Positions 55,616 to 64,000 of a stretch of 64,000 nt of DNA are shown here, in pieces; positions within the stretch are counted from its first letter, which is position 1, and each line of letters begins with the position of its first letter. This stretch comes from an uncultured bacterium. GTDB lineage: Bacteria; Chloroflexota; UBA5177; JANWHV01. The notes beneath the pieces were generated by a model that was given only the letters and a program-made list of their open reading frames with translations, had not been told where the DNA came from and searched no databases. Position numbers and translations under genes: made by a program. The stretch spans positions 864,001 through 928,000 of the forward strand of contig CAWHAE010000010.1 in NCBI GenBank assembly GCA_963827235.1, given 5' to 3'.

Positions 55616-56075
55616 CGCTTTCCCTCCCGTGATCTGCGAGGCGTGCATAGCGCATCGTCGTGAGCTCGTCCAGTTCCCGATCCATGGCTTGCCTCTCCAG
55701 CTCGTCGAATTCCTCGTGACGCCGTTCGCGGAGTCGCTCCAGCGCCATTCGCCGCTGTGAGGCCTCGCGCAGTGCGTTCCTTGCACGCTGTACCTGCGCG
55801 TCCCACTGTTGGAGCTGTGCCGTGAGCTGTTTGACCTGCTGGACGGTCCGGTCCACGAAAATCAGCTGATTCATGCGGGACGAGGCGTCGACCGGCCCGC
55901 CGTACCACGCGCTATGCTTTGCCGAGCCGTGAAGCAGGTTCGTCATACGTGACAACTCAGCGGCCATCTCGTTCCGTGCCCGGATCATGCGAAAGAGAGC
56001 CAGCTGCGCAGTCTGCTCAAGTCTCTTCCTGTGCTGAAGCGCGACATCGAGTGAGAACCTGAATGCCCTGCTCAT
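55596..56075 (-). CDS. fliJ: Flagellar export protein FliJ
   Basis: FRFSL..L..R...E, LERLRER..E..ELDE; after fliI. Confidence 0.88.
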   Translation of the reverse strand: MSRAFRFSLDVALQHRKRLEQTAQLALFRMIRARNEMAAELSRMTNLLHGSAKHSAWYGGPVDASSRMNQLIFVDRTVQQVKQLTAQLQQWDAQVQRARNALREASQRRMALERLRERRHEEFDELERQAMDRELDELTTMRYARLADHGRESDAPLIS

Positions 56076-57391
56076 CGTGCTACCGCCTGCAGTGCGCCAA
56101 GCATCTTGGGCCAGGAGCTCGTCTCCTGGGCGTTCTGCCGAAGAAAGCTCAGGATGTTGGGCATCCGGGCAACCGCCTGATCGACCTCCGCGTTGCTCCC
56201 CTGTACGTAGGCGCCGATCTCGAGCAGGTCCTTCGCCGAGCGGTGCGCGGCGAGCCAGGCGCGCACACGCGCCGCGAGCGCCAGGTGCTCTTTGGTTGCC
56301 AGTTGCGGCATGAGTCGCGAGACACTGGCCAGCACGTCCACCGCCGGATAGTGGTTGCCTGCCGCAAGCTCGCGAGTGAGCACAATGTGGCCGTCCAGGG
56401 TCCCGCGCACCGCGTCGGTGATCGGCTCGTTCAGATCGTCACCCTCCACGAGCACCGTGTAGAAGCCGGTGATCGTGCCGCGCTCACCTGAGCCCGCGCG
56501 CTCCAGGAGCAGGGGCAACATAGCGAACACCGAAGGCGTGAAGCCCCGCGTGGTCGGAGGCTCACCAACGGCGAGGCCGATCTCGCGTTGGGCCATGGCG
56601 AAGCGTGTGACGGAGTCCATCATAAACATGACGTGCCGTCCTTCATCGCGAAAGAATTCCGCGATAGATGCTGCAACCCATGCCGCATTGCGGCGCAGGA
56701 GCGCCGACTGGTCCGAGGTAGCGACGACCACTACCGACTTCCTCATGCCTTCGGGGCCCAGGTTGTAGTCGATGAACTCTTTGACTTCGCGGCCGCGCTC
56801 GCCGATCAGGGCGATGACGTTGACGTCGCAGTCGCCGTTGCGCGCGATCATGCCCAGGAAGGTGCTCTTGCCGACCCCGCTTCCGGCGAGAATGCCGAGG
56901 CGCTGGCCGCGTCCGCACACCAGCAGGCCGTCCAGCACGCGCACACCGGTGCTGAGATGCTCGGTAATCGGCATCCTGCGCAGGGGATGGGCGCCCGAGC
57001 CCACCTGCTCGAGGTCGATCCGCCGACCGCGCAATGACCGCCCGTCGTCGATCGGCATGCCGAGCCCGTCGAGCACGCGACCCAGCAAGCTGTCGCCCAC
57101 GACAACCTGGGCGCCGTGCCCGAGAGCGATAGCGCGGCTGCCGGCGGCGATGCCGTTCGGATCGGCGAATGGCATGAGAATCGTCCTGTTGGCGCGGAAG
57201 CCCACAACCAGGCAGAGCACTGATTGACCGGCGTCGATCACGACCTGCTGGCCGATCGAAGCCGAGAGACCCTCGACTTCCACGGTCAGGCCGATCGCGG
57301 CACTCACCGCACCGGAATGCTCGGTTGCGCGACACGACCCCGCCAGCCCCTGTAGCCGGGGCAGCGCGCTAGCAGGCACTGAGGTGATCAT
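56072..57391 (-). CDS. fliI: Flagellar export ATPase FliI
   Basis: AGSGVGKST, IGERGREV, DSVTRFAMAQRE, LDGHIVL. Confidence 0.95.
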   Translation of the reverse strand: MITSVPASALPRLQGLAGSCRATEHSGAVSAAIGLTVEVEGLSASIGQQVVIDAGQSVLCLVVGFRANRTILMPFADPNGIAAGSRAIALGHGAQVVVGDSLLGRVLDGLGMPIDDGRSLRGRRIDLEQVGSGAHPLRRMPITEHLSTGVRVLDGLLVCGRGQRLGILAGSGVGKSTFLGMIARNGDCDVNVIALIGERGREVKEFIDYNLGPEGMRKSVVVVATSDQSALLRRNAAWVAASIAEFFRDEGRHVMFMMDSVTRFAMAQREIGLAVGEPPTTRGFTPSVFAMLPLLLERAGSGERGTITGFYTVLVEGDDLNEPITDAVRGTLDGHIVLTRELAAGNHYPAVDVLASVSRLMPQLATKEHLALAARVRAWLAAHRSAKDLLEIGAYVQGSNAEVDQAVARMPNILSFLRQNAQETSSWPKMLGALQAVAR

Positions 57392-58040
57392 CGAAGTACG
57401 ACCTGATGCGTGCGAGCTGCTTCTCAATAGTCGCATCGACGCGGCCTGCGCCGCTCTCTATCATGCAGCCGCCCTGCGACACTGCCGGATCTGCCACCAC
57501 GAATACCTCCACGCTAGCGGGAAGACCGAGGTTGAGCCGCTGATCCTCGAGCACCTGCACGTCGAGAGGATTTACCCGGATGGCCACCGATGAATCGGTG
57601 CTCAACTCGCTCAACGCGCCGCGCACCACATAGAGCACCGTGTCCGGTGACACGCTCGCCTCCCGACGCAACACGGCGCGCGCAACCTCCATCACCAGAG
57701 TGAGCGCAGTCTCATCCGCGTTGCGCATGCTCTTTTCGCGGTCCTGGGCAGCGGCAGCGACCATTTGCGACAGGCTCTGCAGTAGCGGGGCGCGGTCAGC
57801 CTGGGCCTGGGCCGAGCCGGCCTGGTATCCAAGCTCCCAAGCGCGGTTGCTCTCGGCCATGCCCATTGCCTGCCCCGAGGCGATGATCTCACGTGCTTGT
57901 CCGCGGGCGTTGAGAAGAATCTTCGCGGCGCGCGTCCTGGCTCGGCCTTCTTCGCCCGGCAGATGGCCATTCCCCTGCACCGCCGCGGGAACGGTGCTGT
58001 GAACGAGGACCTGGTTTGTACGTCCGACGATTCTAGCCAC
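57369..58040 (-). CDS. fliH: Flagellar assembly protein FliH
   Basis: GxxxG repeats, IRVNPLD, GGCMIES..G.VDA. Confidence 0.9.
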   Translation of the reverse strand: MARIVGRTNQVLVHSTVPAAVQGNGHLPGEEGRARTRAAKILLNARGQAREIIASGQAMGMAESNRAWELGYQAGSAQAQADRAPLLQSLSQMVAAAAQDREKSMRNADETALTLVMEVARAVLRREASVSPDTVLYVVRGALSELSTDSSVAIRVNPLDVQVLEDQRLNLGLPASVEVFVVADPAVSQGGCMIESGAGRVDATIEKQLARIRSYFDDHLSAC

Positions 58041-58093
58041 GACTGCGGCTCCCCAGGGTCACGCCACGAGTGGCGCCAACGTTGCCAACCACC

Positions 58094-59113
58094 TTAAACG
58101 AGCACATCGTCCGCGCCTCGGGAGACCATGATCTCCTCCTCGTCTTCGAGTCGCCGGACCACGTCCACGATGCGCTGCTGCGCCTCCTCGACAGTTCGCA
58201 TGCGCACCGGCGGGCTGTTCTGGATCTCTTCCTGCACGCTCGCCGCGGCACGCTGGGACATGTTCTTGTACACCCTCTCACGAAGCTGATCGGTAGCGCC
58301 GCGGAGAGCGATCGAGAGGTCGCGGTTGTCTACCTCTCGCAGCACGAGCTGGATGCTCCGGTCGTCGAGCATGGTGAGGTTTTCAAACACGAACATCTGT
58401 TGCTTGATCGTGGCCGCGAGCTCGGGCTCCAGCTGATCGAGCTGGCCCATGATTGAATGCTCGGTAGAGCGGTCGACCTGCGTGAGAACCTTGACCAGGT
58501 AGTCTATGCCGCCGGTCTTCGTACGGGACTCAGTGTCGAGCACGGAGGATAGCCGCTTTCTGAACGCCGTTTCGACGTTGGAGACCATGGTAGGATCCAC
58601 GGAGTCCATATTGGCGAGACGAAGGCTGACCTGGGCCTGCAACTTTTCAGGCAGCATGGCCAGAATCGCCGCGGATTGGGTAGCGGTAAGGTATGACAAT
58701 GCCAGGGCTACGATTTGCGGGTGCTCCGTGTGCAAGAACTGTGACAGCTGAATCGGCTCCACGTCGGCGAGATAGTGAAAGGGCTGCGACTTTATCTTGT
58801 TGAGCAGCTTGGTGATGATCTCTTCGGCGCGCTCCGTGCCCACGGCCTCGGCGAGCAGCGAGCGGGCGTATTCCACGCCGCCCTTCGCGATGTATTCCTG
58901 GGCGCTGACCTGTGCATTAGCTTCCCGCAGCACGGAGTCGAGCACGTCGGCCGGAAGGTCCTCCGCTTTCAGAAGCCGAGTTGTGAGGCGCTCCAGGTAG
59001 CTCTCCTCGAGGCATCGGAGCACTCTCGCCGAGTCGTCGGAAGGCAACGCCAGTAGCAGACCTGCCGCCTTGTCGATCCCCTTCATATCGTCGAAGCGCT
59101 TTGCAGTTGCCAT
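58094..59113 (-). CDS. fliG: Motor switch protein FliG
   Basis: GGVEYA, EHPQ, MFVFE, NMSQRAA, VEEAQQ. Confidence 0.95.
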   Translation of the reverse strand: MATAKRFDDMKGIDKAAGLLLALPSDDSARVLRCLEESYLERLTTRLLKAEDLPADVLDSVLREANAQVSAQEYIAKGGVEYARSLLAEAVGTERAEEIITKLLNKIKSQPFHYLADVEPIQLSQFLHTEHPQIVALALSYLTATQSAAILAMLPEKLQAQVSLRLANMDSVDPTMVSNVETAFRKRLSSVLDTESRTKTGGIDYLVKVLTQVDRSTEHSIMGQLDQLEPELAATIKQQMFVFENLTMLDDRSIQLVLREVDNRDLSIALRGATDQLRERVYKNMSQRAAASVQEEIQNSPPVRMRTVEEAQQRIVDVVRRLEDEEEIMVSRGADDVLV

Positions 59114-60660
59114 CAGCGATCCTCTTCTATCCACCGACCAATAACGCCGGCGACCACTTCGGGCTTCTGGCGCGCCATCATCGACAAGGCCTCACGGTGC
59201 TCGTTCGGCGGCGGCGCGGGCAGCCGTGCCAGGACCGACGCTGGAGTGATCGCCCTGGGCGCATCCTCGACTACCTCGACGTTCTGATACTGTTCGGCCT
59301 CGTAGTCCTGCAGTCGCTTCGGCAGCAGGATCCGCCGGAGGAGCAACAGCAGGACGAGCGGCACGACAATCAGTGAGAGCCAGCGAAGGCCGGTGAAGGC
59401 CATGCTCATCGTCTGCTGGGAAGCCGCAGCCTTGTCTGCCGCCGTGGTGACGCTGGTATCGAACGCGGCGGTGGTGACGCTCATCTGGTCACCTCTGGAG
59501 GCATTGAACCCGATAGCGCTCTTCACTGCCGTGGTGAGCGAGGCGAGGTTGGCCGGGGCCTTGGCGCTGTCGAGCACCACGGCAACCGAAAGCTGTTCGA
59601 CGTTCCCCGGCGCCGAGATGACATGGGTGGTAGTGATCGGATTGACGTAGGAGAGCGTCTGCTCGCTCTGAGTGTTCGTGGCCGGCACCGTGCCGGTCGC
59701 GGTCAGTCCGTACGTAGGCACGTTAGAACCGAGGCCGACCACACCGCCGGCCGTGGTCCCGGACCCGGCCGTATTGTTGATGATGGTCTGAGACGAAGCC
59801 AGAGGGCTGGTCCCACTCTGGGGGCTGTAGGTCGTCGACGTAGTGTCGTGCGTCGTGAAGTCGAGCACGTCGTTGACGCGGACAACCGCGTGCCCGGGGC
59901 CCAGGACCGCGTCCAGCATAGCGCCGACCTGCGCCTCAAGATTGCTGGCGTACCGGGACTCTGCCTGCAGCGTCGTCAGGCCCTCGGCGCTCGCCGAGTC
60001 GGCAGCGTTCCCTGAAAGTATCGAGCCGCTGCTATCCACCACTGTCACGGCGTCGGGCTTCAGACCTTCTACCGCGCTGGCGACCAGGTGCTGTATGCCA
60101 GCCACCTGGTCGGTAGAGAGGCCGCCCAAGCCGAGCTTGAGCAGCACGGAGGCAGTTGGATTGGCATCGCTGCTCGTAAAGAGGTTCTGCTGCGGCAGTA
60201 CGATATTCACCCGCGCATACTGGACACCCTGGACCTGGCTGATTGTCTGCGTGAGCTCACCTTCCAGGGCACGCGTATAGTTGATCTGCTCCGTGAAGCT
60301 ATCGCCCTGGAAGAGACTCTGCTTATCGAACAGCTCGAAGCCCACGGTCCCCTGGGACGGCAAGCCCAGATTGGCAAGCTTGATCCGCTCGGCATCCACC
60401 ATCGACGCGGGCACCTCGATGGTGGTACCGCCATTCTGCAGCTGGTAGGGAACGCTGCTCGACTGGAGCTGAGAGGTGATTGAGCCGGCGTCGGCAGTGG
60501 AGACATTGCTGAACAGCACCGCGTACGTAGGCGTGGTCGCCCACTGGTAGATGAAGAACACGACGCCAACGACCGCAGCCGACAGCACGATCAGCGTGAC
60601 GCGCTGACTCCAGGCGAGGCTCTGCCAAAGACGTCGAAGGGTTTCCTGCAAGCTCTGCAT
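59113..60660 (-). CDS. fliF: MS-ring protein FliF
   Basis: GFELFD, RALEGEL, PTASV, ASAVEGL, RGDQ, two TM helices. Confidence 0.94.
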   Translation of the reverse strand: MQSLQETLRRLWQSLAWSQRVTLIVLSAAVVGVVFFIYQWATTPTYAVLFSNVSTADAGSITSQLQSSSVPYQLQNGGTTIEVPASMVDAERIKLANLGLPSQGTVGFELFDKQSLFQGDSFTEQINYTRALEGELTQTISQVQGVQYARVNIVLPQQNLFTSSDANPTASVLLKLGLGGLSTDQVAGIQHLVASAVEGLKPDAVTVVDSSGSILSGNAADSASAEGLTTLQAESRYASNLEAQVGAMLDAVLGPGHAVVRVNDVLDFTTHDTTSTTYSPQSGTSPLASSQTIINNTAGSGTTAGGVVGLGSNVPTYGLTATGTVPATNTQSEQTLSYVNPITTTHVISAPGNVEQLSVAVVLDSAKAPANLASLTTAVKSAIGFNASRGDQMSVTTAAFDTSVTTAADKAAASQQTMSMAFTGLRWLSLIVVPLVLLLLLRRILLPKRLQDYEAEQYQNVEVVEDAPRAITPASVLARLPAPPPNEHREALSMMARQKPEVVAGVIGRWIEEDR

Positions 60661-60681
60661 CGATCACGCGCCGCCGCTACC

Positions 60682-61023
60682 CTAAATCTGCATGTTCATG
60701 AGGGTCTGGTATGCTTCCACCGCCTTGTCGCGCACCTGGACGGCTAGGTGCGTACCCAGGGAAGCCTGCTCCATGGCGATCATCGCCGTCTGGATATCGG
60801 TCCCATTGTTGGTTGCAAGGCCGGCCACGGCCGCGTCGGCGTTCGTCTGCAGTCCAGAGAGATCTCCCACGGCATTCACTAGCGATTGCGTGAACTGACT
60901 GCCGGTCGAAACGGCGCTGGTTCCGCCTACCCCGGAGGTCGAGGAGATGGACGGCGTCTGCGGAGTTGTGATAGGGGTGGTGTAGGGAGTGGATATGACT
61001 CCGATGTTCGGGATCGTACTCAC
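60682..61023 (-). CDS. fliE: Basal-body protein FliE
   Basis: MIAMEQA..VQVRDKAVEAYQTLMNMQI. Confidence 0.92.
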   Translation of the reverse strand: MSTIPNIGVISTPYTTPITTPQTPSISSTSGVGGTSAVSTGSQFTQSLVNAVGDLSGLQTNADAAVAGLATNNGTDIQTAMIAMEQASLGTHLAVQVRDKAVEAYQTLMNMQI

Positions 61024-61046
61024 TGCGTGTACCCGTCCTCTCGTGT

Positions 61047-61469
61047 TTAGCCTTTGCCGAGGTCAATCGCCTGTACGGCCATCGACTTCACGTCGTCGGC
61101 TATCGTGATGTTGGCCTGGTAGGCACGCTGAGCTGCCATCATGTTCGTCATCTCGGTGATCGGATCGACGTTGGGGTATTGCACGTAACCCTGAGTATTG
61201 GCCTGAGGATTCTGGGGGTCGTACACCGAGCGCGGCTTGCTCTGGTCCTGAATGACCGCGGCCACGCGCACACCGGCGTTGGCAAGTCCCGAGCCATTGC
61301 TCGTCTGCATATTCCCAGGCACCATGACCACTTCTTCGCGCCTATACGGCCCGCCCTGAGCCGTAACCGTGGTGTCAGCGTTCGCCGTGTTGTTAGCGAT
61401 AACGTCCATCTGCAAGCGTTGAGCAGTCAGCGCTGAATCCGAGATTGCCAGGGTGTTAATCAGTCCCAT
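61047..61469 (-). CDS. flgC: Basal-body rod protein FlgC
   Basis: MDVIANNTANADT..GGPYRR, YDPQNP..GYV.YPNV..EM..AQRAY. Confidence 0.94.
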   Translation of the reverse strand: MGLINTLAISDSALTAQRLQMDVIANNTANADTTVTAQGGPYRREEVVMVPGNMQTSNGSGLANAGVRVAAVIQDQSKPRSVYDPQNPQANTQGYVQYPNVDPITEMTNMMAAQRAYQANITIADDVKSMAVQAIDLGKG

Positions 61470-61587
61470 TGCTGCGTCTCCATCCGTAGTAACCAGCCGA
61501 GCACCGGTCACGTACCTGCCGACTTGCCAGCCGAGGGGAGTATAGCGACGGGCTCTTCAAGATCAGAAACCGATCTCGACAGTAGAA

Positions 61588-61621
61588 AGAGGCCCGGGTG
61601 ACAACAGTCACCCGGGCCTCT
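61588..61621 (-). terminator. Intrinsic terminator after cheW
   Basis: 15-bp stem AGAGGCCCGGGTGAC/GTCACCCGGGCCTCT, followed by TTCT on the minus strand. Confidence 0.8.
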
Positions 61622-61662
61622 GTCGCCTCTGGTGGGCTGGGCTGTGTGGCTCGGAGCGGTGC

Positions 61663-62166
61663 CTAGGCAACCTCCGCCACGTTCTCGCCGTCGCCCTGGG
61701 CCGAAAGGCCGGCCGTGTCGATAGCCTGGCTGAGATCGAGCAGCATGATCAGCCGGTCGTCCAGGCGAGCAACGCCGCGAAGCAGCTTTTCATGACCGGC
61801 GCCGCGAATGAGACCGGCAGCCGGCTCGATCAGGTCGGCAGGCAGGAGGATGACCTCTGACACGGCGTCGACCTGCAGACCGACGCTCTGGTCGTTCACC
61901 TGCACCACGACCACCCGGCTGTCCTTGGTGGGCTCCGCAGGCGGGAGGCCGCAACGGCTGCGCAGGTCGAGGACAGGAACGATAGAGCTTCGGAGGTTGA
62001 TCACGCCCACCACGAATGGCGGCGCCTGCGGCACGACGGTGATGGGCTGCGGACGAATGATCTCGCGCACAGCGGCGATATCCACCGCGTAGCTCCCTGT
62101 TGCCAGACGGAAAATCACGACCTGCAGGTCGCCTTCTACTTGTGATTTGACCCGTTCCACTGCCAT
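61663..62166 (-). CDS. cheW: Chemotaxis coupling protein CheW
   Basis: VREII, VPQAP..GVINLRSSIVPVLDL, GLQVDAVSEV. Confidence 0.95.
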   Translation of the reverse strand: MAVERVKSQVEGDLQVVIFRLATGSYAVDIAAVREIIRPQPITVVPQAPPFVVGVINLRSSIVPVLDLRSRCGLPPAEPTKDSRVVVVQVNDQSVGLQVDAVSEVILLPADLIEPAAGLIRGAGHEKLLRGVARLDDRLIMLLDLSQAIDTAGLSAQGDGENVAEVA

Positions 62167-62227
62167 CTCCTCCTCGGAATGTCCTTGAGAGCGCTGCTAA
62201 GGAATCGCTCGATCGCGTCACCATCTC

Positions 62228-62255
62228 ATATCGGCACATTGAGCGAGATCTGTAG
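62228..62255 (-). promoter_or_regulatory. sigma28-type promoter of cheW
   Basis: CTACAG-N14-GCCGATAT. Confidence 0.72.
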
Positions 62256-62337
62256 ACTCCTACGGCCTCGAAATACGCGGACGGCCGGTTTGTGCCGGTC
62301 ATGCGAGTGATTGCGCGCCAGTTCGCATGCATTCGGA

Positions 62338-62366
62338 CTGAAGAAAGCACGGCAGCTTGCCGATAT
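62338..62366 (+). promoter_or_regulatory. sigma28-type promoter of cheY
   Basis: CTGAAG-N15-GCCGATAT. Confidence 0.65.
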
Positions 62367-62438
62367 ACTCATGTGGAAGACGCCGCGTGCGTCGCGGTGC
62401 GACGAGCCGGATCCCAATACACCAGCCAATGAGGAGTA

Positions 62439-62810
62439 ATGACGAACATGGCGAAATTCCTGGTCGTGGACGACGCGGCTTTCATGCGCATGCGCTGCGT
62501 CAAGCTCCTTAAGGAGCAGGGCTACGAGACCGTCGAAGCGGAGAACGGCCTCCAGGCCGTCGAGGCATACCAGAGAGAGAAGCCGGACGGCGTGCTCATG
62601 GATATCACGATGCCGGAGATGGATGGCCTGGAGGCGCTCCGCCGGATACTCGCGATCGATCCCGCCGCCCGCGTCGCCATGGTCACGGCGGTGGGCCAGC
62701 AGGCCATCGTCCTCGAGGCACTCAAGGTTGGGGCGCGGGACTTCGTGGTGAAGCCGTTTCAGGGGCCCAGGGTGATCGAGGCCGCGCACAAGCTGTTGAC
62801 CTCACACTGA
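62439..62810 (+). CDS. cheY: Chemotaxis response regulator CheY
   Basis: LVVDDAAFMRM, MDITMPEMDG, GQQ, GARDFVVKPF (Bacillus/Thermotoga type). Confidence 0.93.
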   Translation: MTNMAKFLVVDDAAFMRMRCVKLLKEQGYETVEAENGLQAVEAYQREKPDGVLMDITMPEMDGLEALRRILAIDPAARVAMVTAVGQQAIVLEALKVGARDFVVKPFQGPRVIEAAHKLLTSH

Positions 62811-62826
62811 CGAGGTCCGGATTTGC

Positions 62827-63072
62827 CTAGCCGCCGTCGGCCGACTCGTGCGTGTGCCGCGCCTGCTCAAAGGCGCGTGCCACCATCTCTGCCGACGCGG
62901 CTACCTGGTTGTCCTCCGCTACCGCCAGCCATAGCTCCTCACGGAGAATCTTACTGCTAGGCGGTGCCTCGATGCCCAGGCGCACGAACTGGCCGTCAAC
63001 CGAGACTACGGTCACGCGGATGGTATCACCGATACGTATTCCCTGGCCCGAACGACGACTGAGAATCAGCAT
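62827..63072 (-). CDS. csrA: Carbon storage regulator CsrA
   Basis: MLILSRRSGQGIRIGD..VRLGIEAP..ILREE. Confidence 0.94.
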   Translation of the reverse strand: MLILSRRSGQGIRIGDTIRVTVVSVDGQFVRLGIEAPPSSKILREELWLAVAEDNQVAASAEMVARAFEQARHTHESADGG

Positions 63073-63560
63073 GGCAGGCGAAACTGCCGAGCGCCGGCAT
63101 CCCAGCGTACGGGCTGGCGAAGCGCATAGCCCCGGCCGTCGATAATGATCTGCCTGCCTGTTCCCTGGCGATCGTCGAGCACGATCGGAGCCAGCAAGTT
63201 GACCAGAAACGTCGCCTGGACAGGGTCAAATCGGGTGACGATCAGCACGTTGTCCCGCAGCGACTCTTCGCCAGCCCCTACCACGTCAGCCACCGCGAGC
63301 GCGTAATCGCCCAGCTCCACGGCGTCCAGCCTGAGCACGGGGAGACATACGGGACCCTCGTCGAGAGACTGCAGCCACTGGAATGGCGCGGCATCGGGTT
63401 TGCTGACCAGAGCATAGCGATGGCTATCCTCCAGCCCCGGTAAGGCCTCGGGAAACGTGTAGAGATTGCCGGCGGGCACGCGTACCACCTCCGGTGCTCC
63501 GAAGCCCACGGTCGTTACGGCGATCATTCCCGGCGATTCCTCCGCAGCCATGTCTGTCAT
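63066..63560 (-). CDS. fliW: Flagellar assembly factor FliW
   Basis: FPEALPGLE, PFQWLQS, NLLAPIV..GRQII; between flgL and csrA. Confidence 0.88.
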   Translation of the reverse strand: MTDMAAEESPGMIAVTTVGFGAPEVVRVPAGNLYTFPEALPGLEDSHRYALVSKPDAAPFQWLQSLDEGPVCLPVLRLDAVELGDYALAVADVVGAGEESLRDNVLIVTRFDPVQATFLVNLLAPIVLDDRQGTGRQIIIDGRGYALRQPVRWDAGARQFRLPC

Positions 63561-63563
63561 CGA

Positions 63564-64000
63564 CTACTGCAGGAAGCTCAGCAGGCTGGGCTCGACCGAC
63601 TTGCCGGCTACGGTGAGCGCCGCCTGATAGGTCGCCTGATCCGAGGTATAGGTGATGGATGCCTGGGCCAGGTCCGCATCCACGATATTCGAGTACTGGT
63701 CCTTCAGCGCACTGAGCTGCGTGGACAGCGTCGTCTGCAGCGCAGTGACACGGGTCGTCGCCGCGCCCACCGATGCCTGAGCGACAAGAATGCCGCTGCT
63801 CGCGCTGTCGATCGCGGTCAGGTCGGCGCCTGTAACGCTGCTGGTGTTCCCGCTCTGCAGGTCGGTTTCCAGCTGGATCATCGCGGCGAAGGCGGCCGGC
63901 ACGGCGGTGCTGCCCGGCGTGTTGATCTGCATCGTCACCCCGGGACTGACCTCGCGCACGATGGCGCCGTTGTCGCCGCTATAATCCACCGAGTTGGTCG
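63564..64000 (-). CDS. flgL: Hook-associated protein FlgL (partial, 5-prime end outside window)
   Basis: YSGDNG..REVSPG, DADLAQA..YQAAL..PSLLSFLQ. Confidence 0.88.
   Translation of the reverse strand, partial: TNSVDYSGDNGAIVREVSPGVTMQINTPGSTAVPAAFAAMIQLETDLQSGNTSSVTGADLTAIDSASSGILVAQASVGAATTRVTALQTTLSTQLSALKDQYSNIVDADLAQASITYTSDQATYQAALTVAGKSVEPSLLSFLQ

Overview
High-GC bacterial chromosome segment, most likely from a monoderm, Chloroflexota-like organism (inferred from the F420 cofD-cofC-cofE-npdG operon, the FMN-riboswitch-led RibXY-like transporter, a GT39+PA14 membrane glycosyltransferase, and a CheC/CheD/FliW/CsrA flagellar system with no L/P-ring genes in view). 1-22 kb is housekeeping and metabolism: TetR, GNAT, an aminotransferase-PhzF-MocR operon, rlmN, F420 genes, a GAF-PAS-GGDEF-EAL protein, ribXY-mce, tRNA-Val and folD. 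22-64 kb is a large flagellar/chemotaxis cluster running off the right edge. Most unusual elements: (i) two tandem FapA(DUF342)-PilZ fusion genes, a possible c-di-GMP input into flagellar assembly; (ii) a diverged RpoD-like sigma factor with an apparently lost region 3, inside the fliS block; (iii) a ~2.2-kb tandem duplication giving two 426-aa flagellins with different promoter and putative CsrA sites, next to a SEC-C/TPR/GT41 glycosyltransferase, alongside exported flagellar proteins that are very Ser/Thr-rich and Arg-poor; (iv) an M23+SLT peptidoglycan hydrolase fusion beside a displaced flgB; (v) eight sigma28-type promoters CTAAAG-N14-GCCGAWA found by eye. All family calls come from motif recognition, not database searches; start codons were refined by eye.
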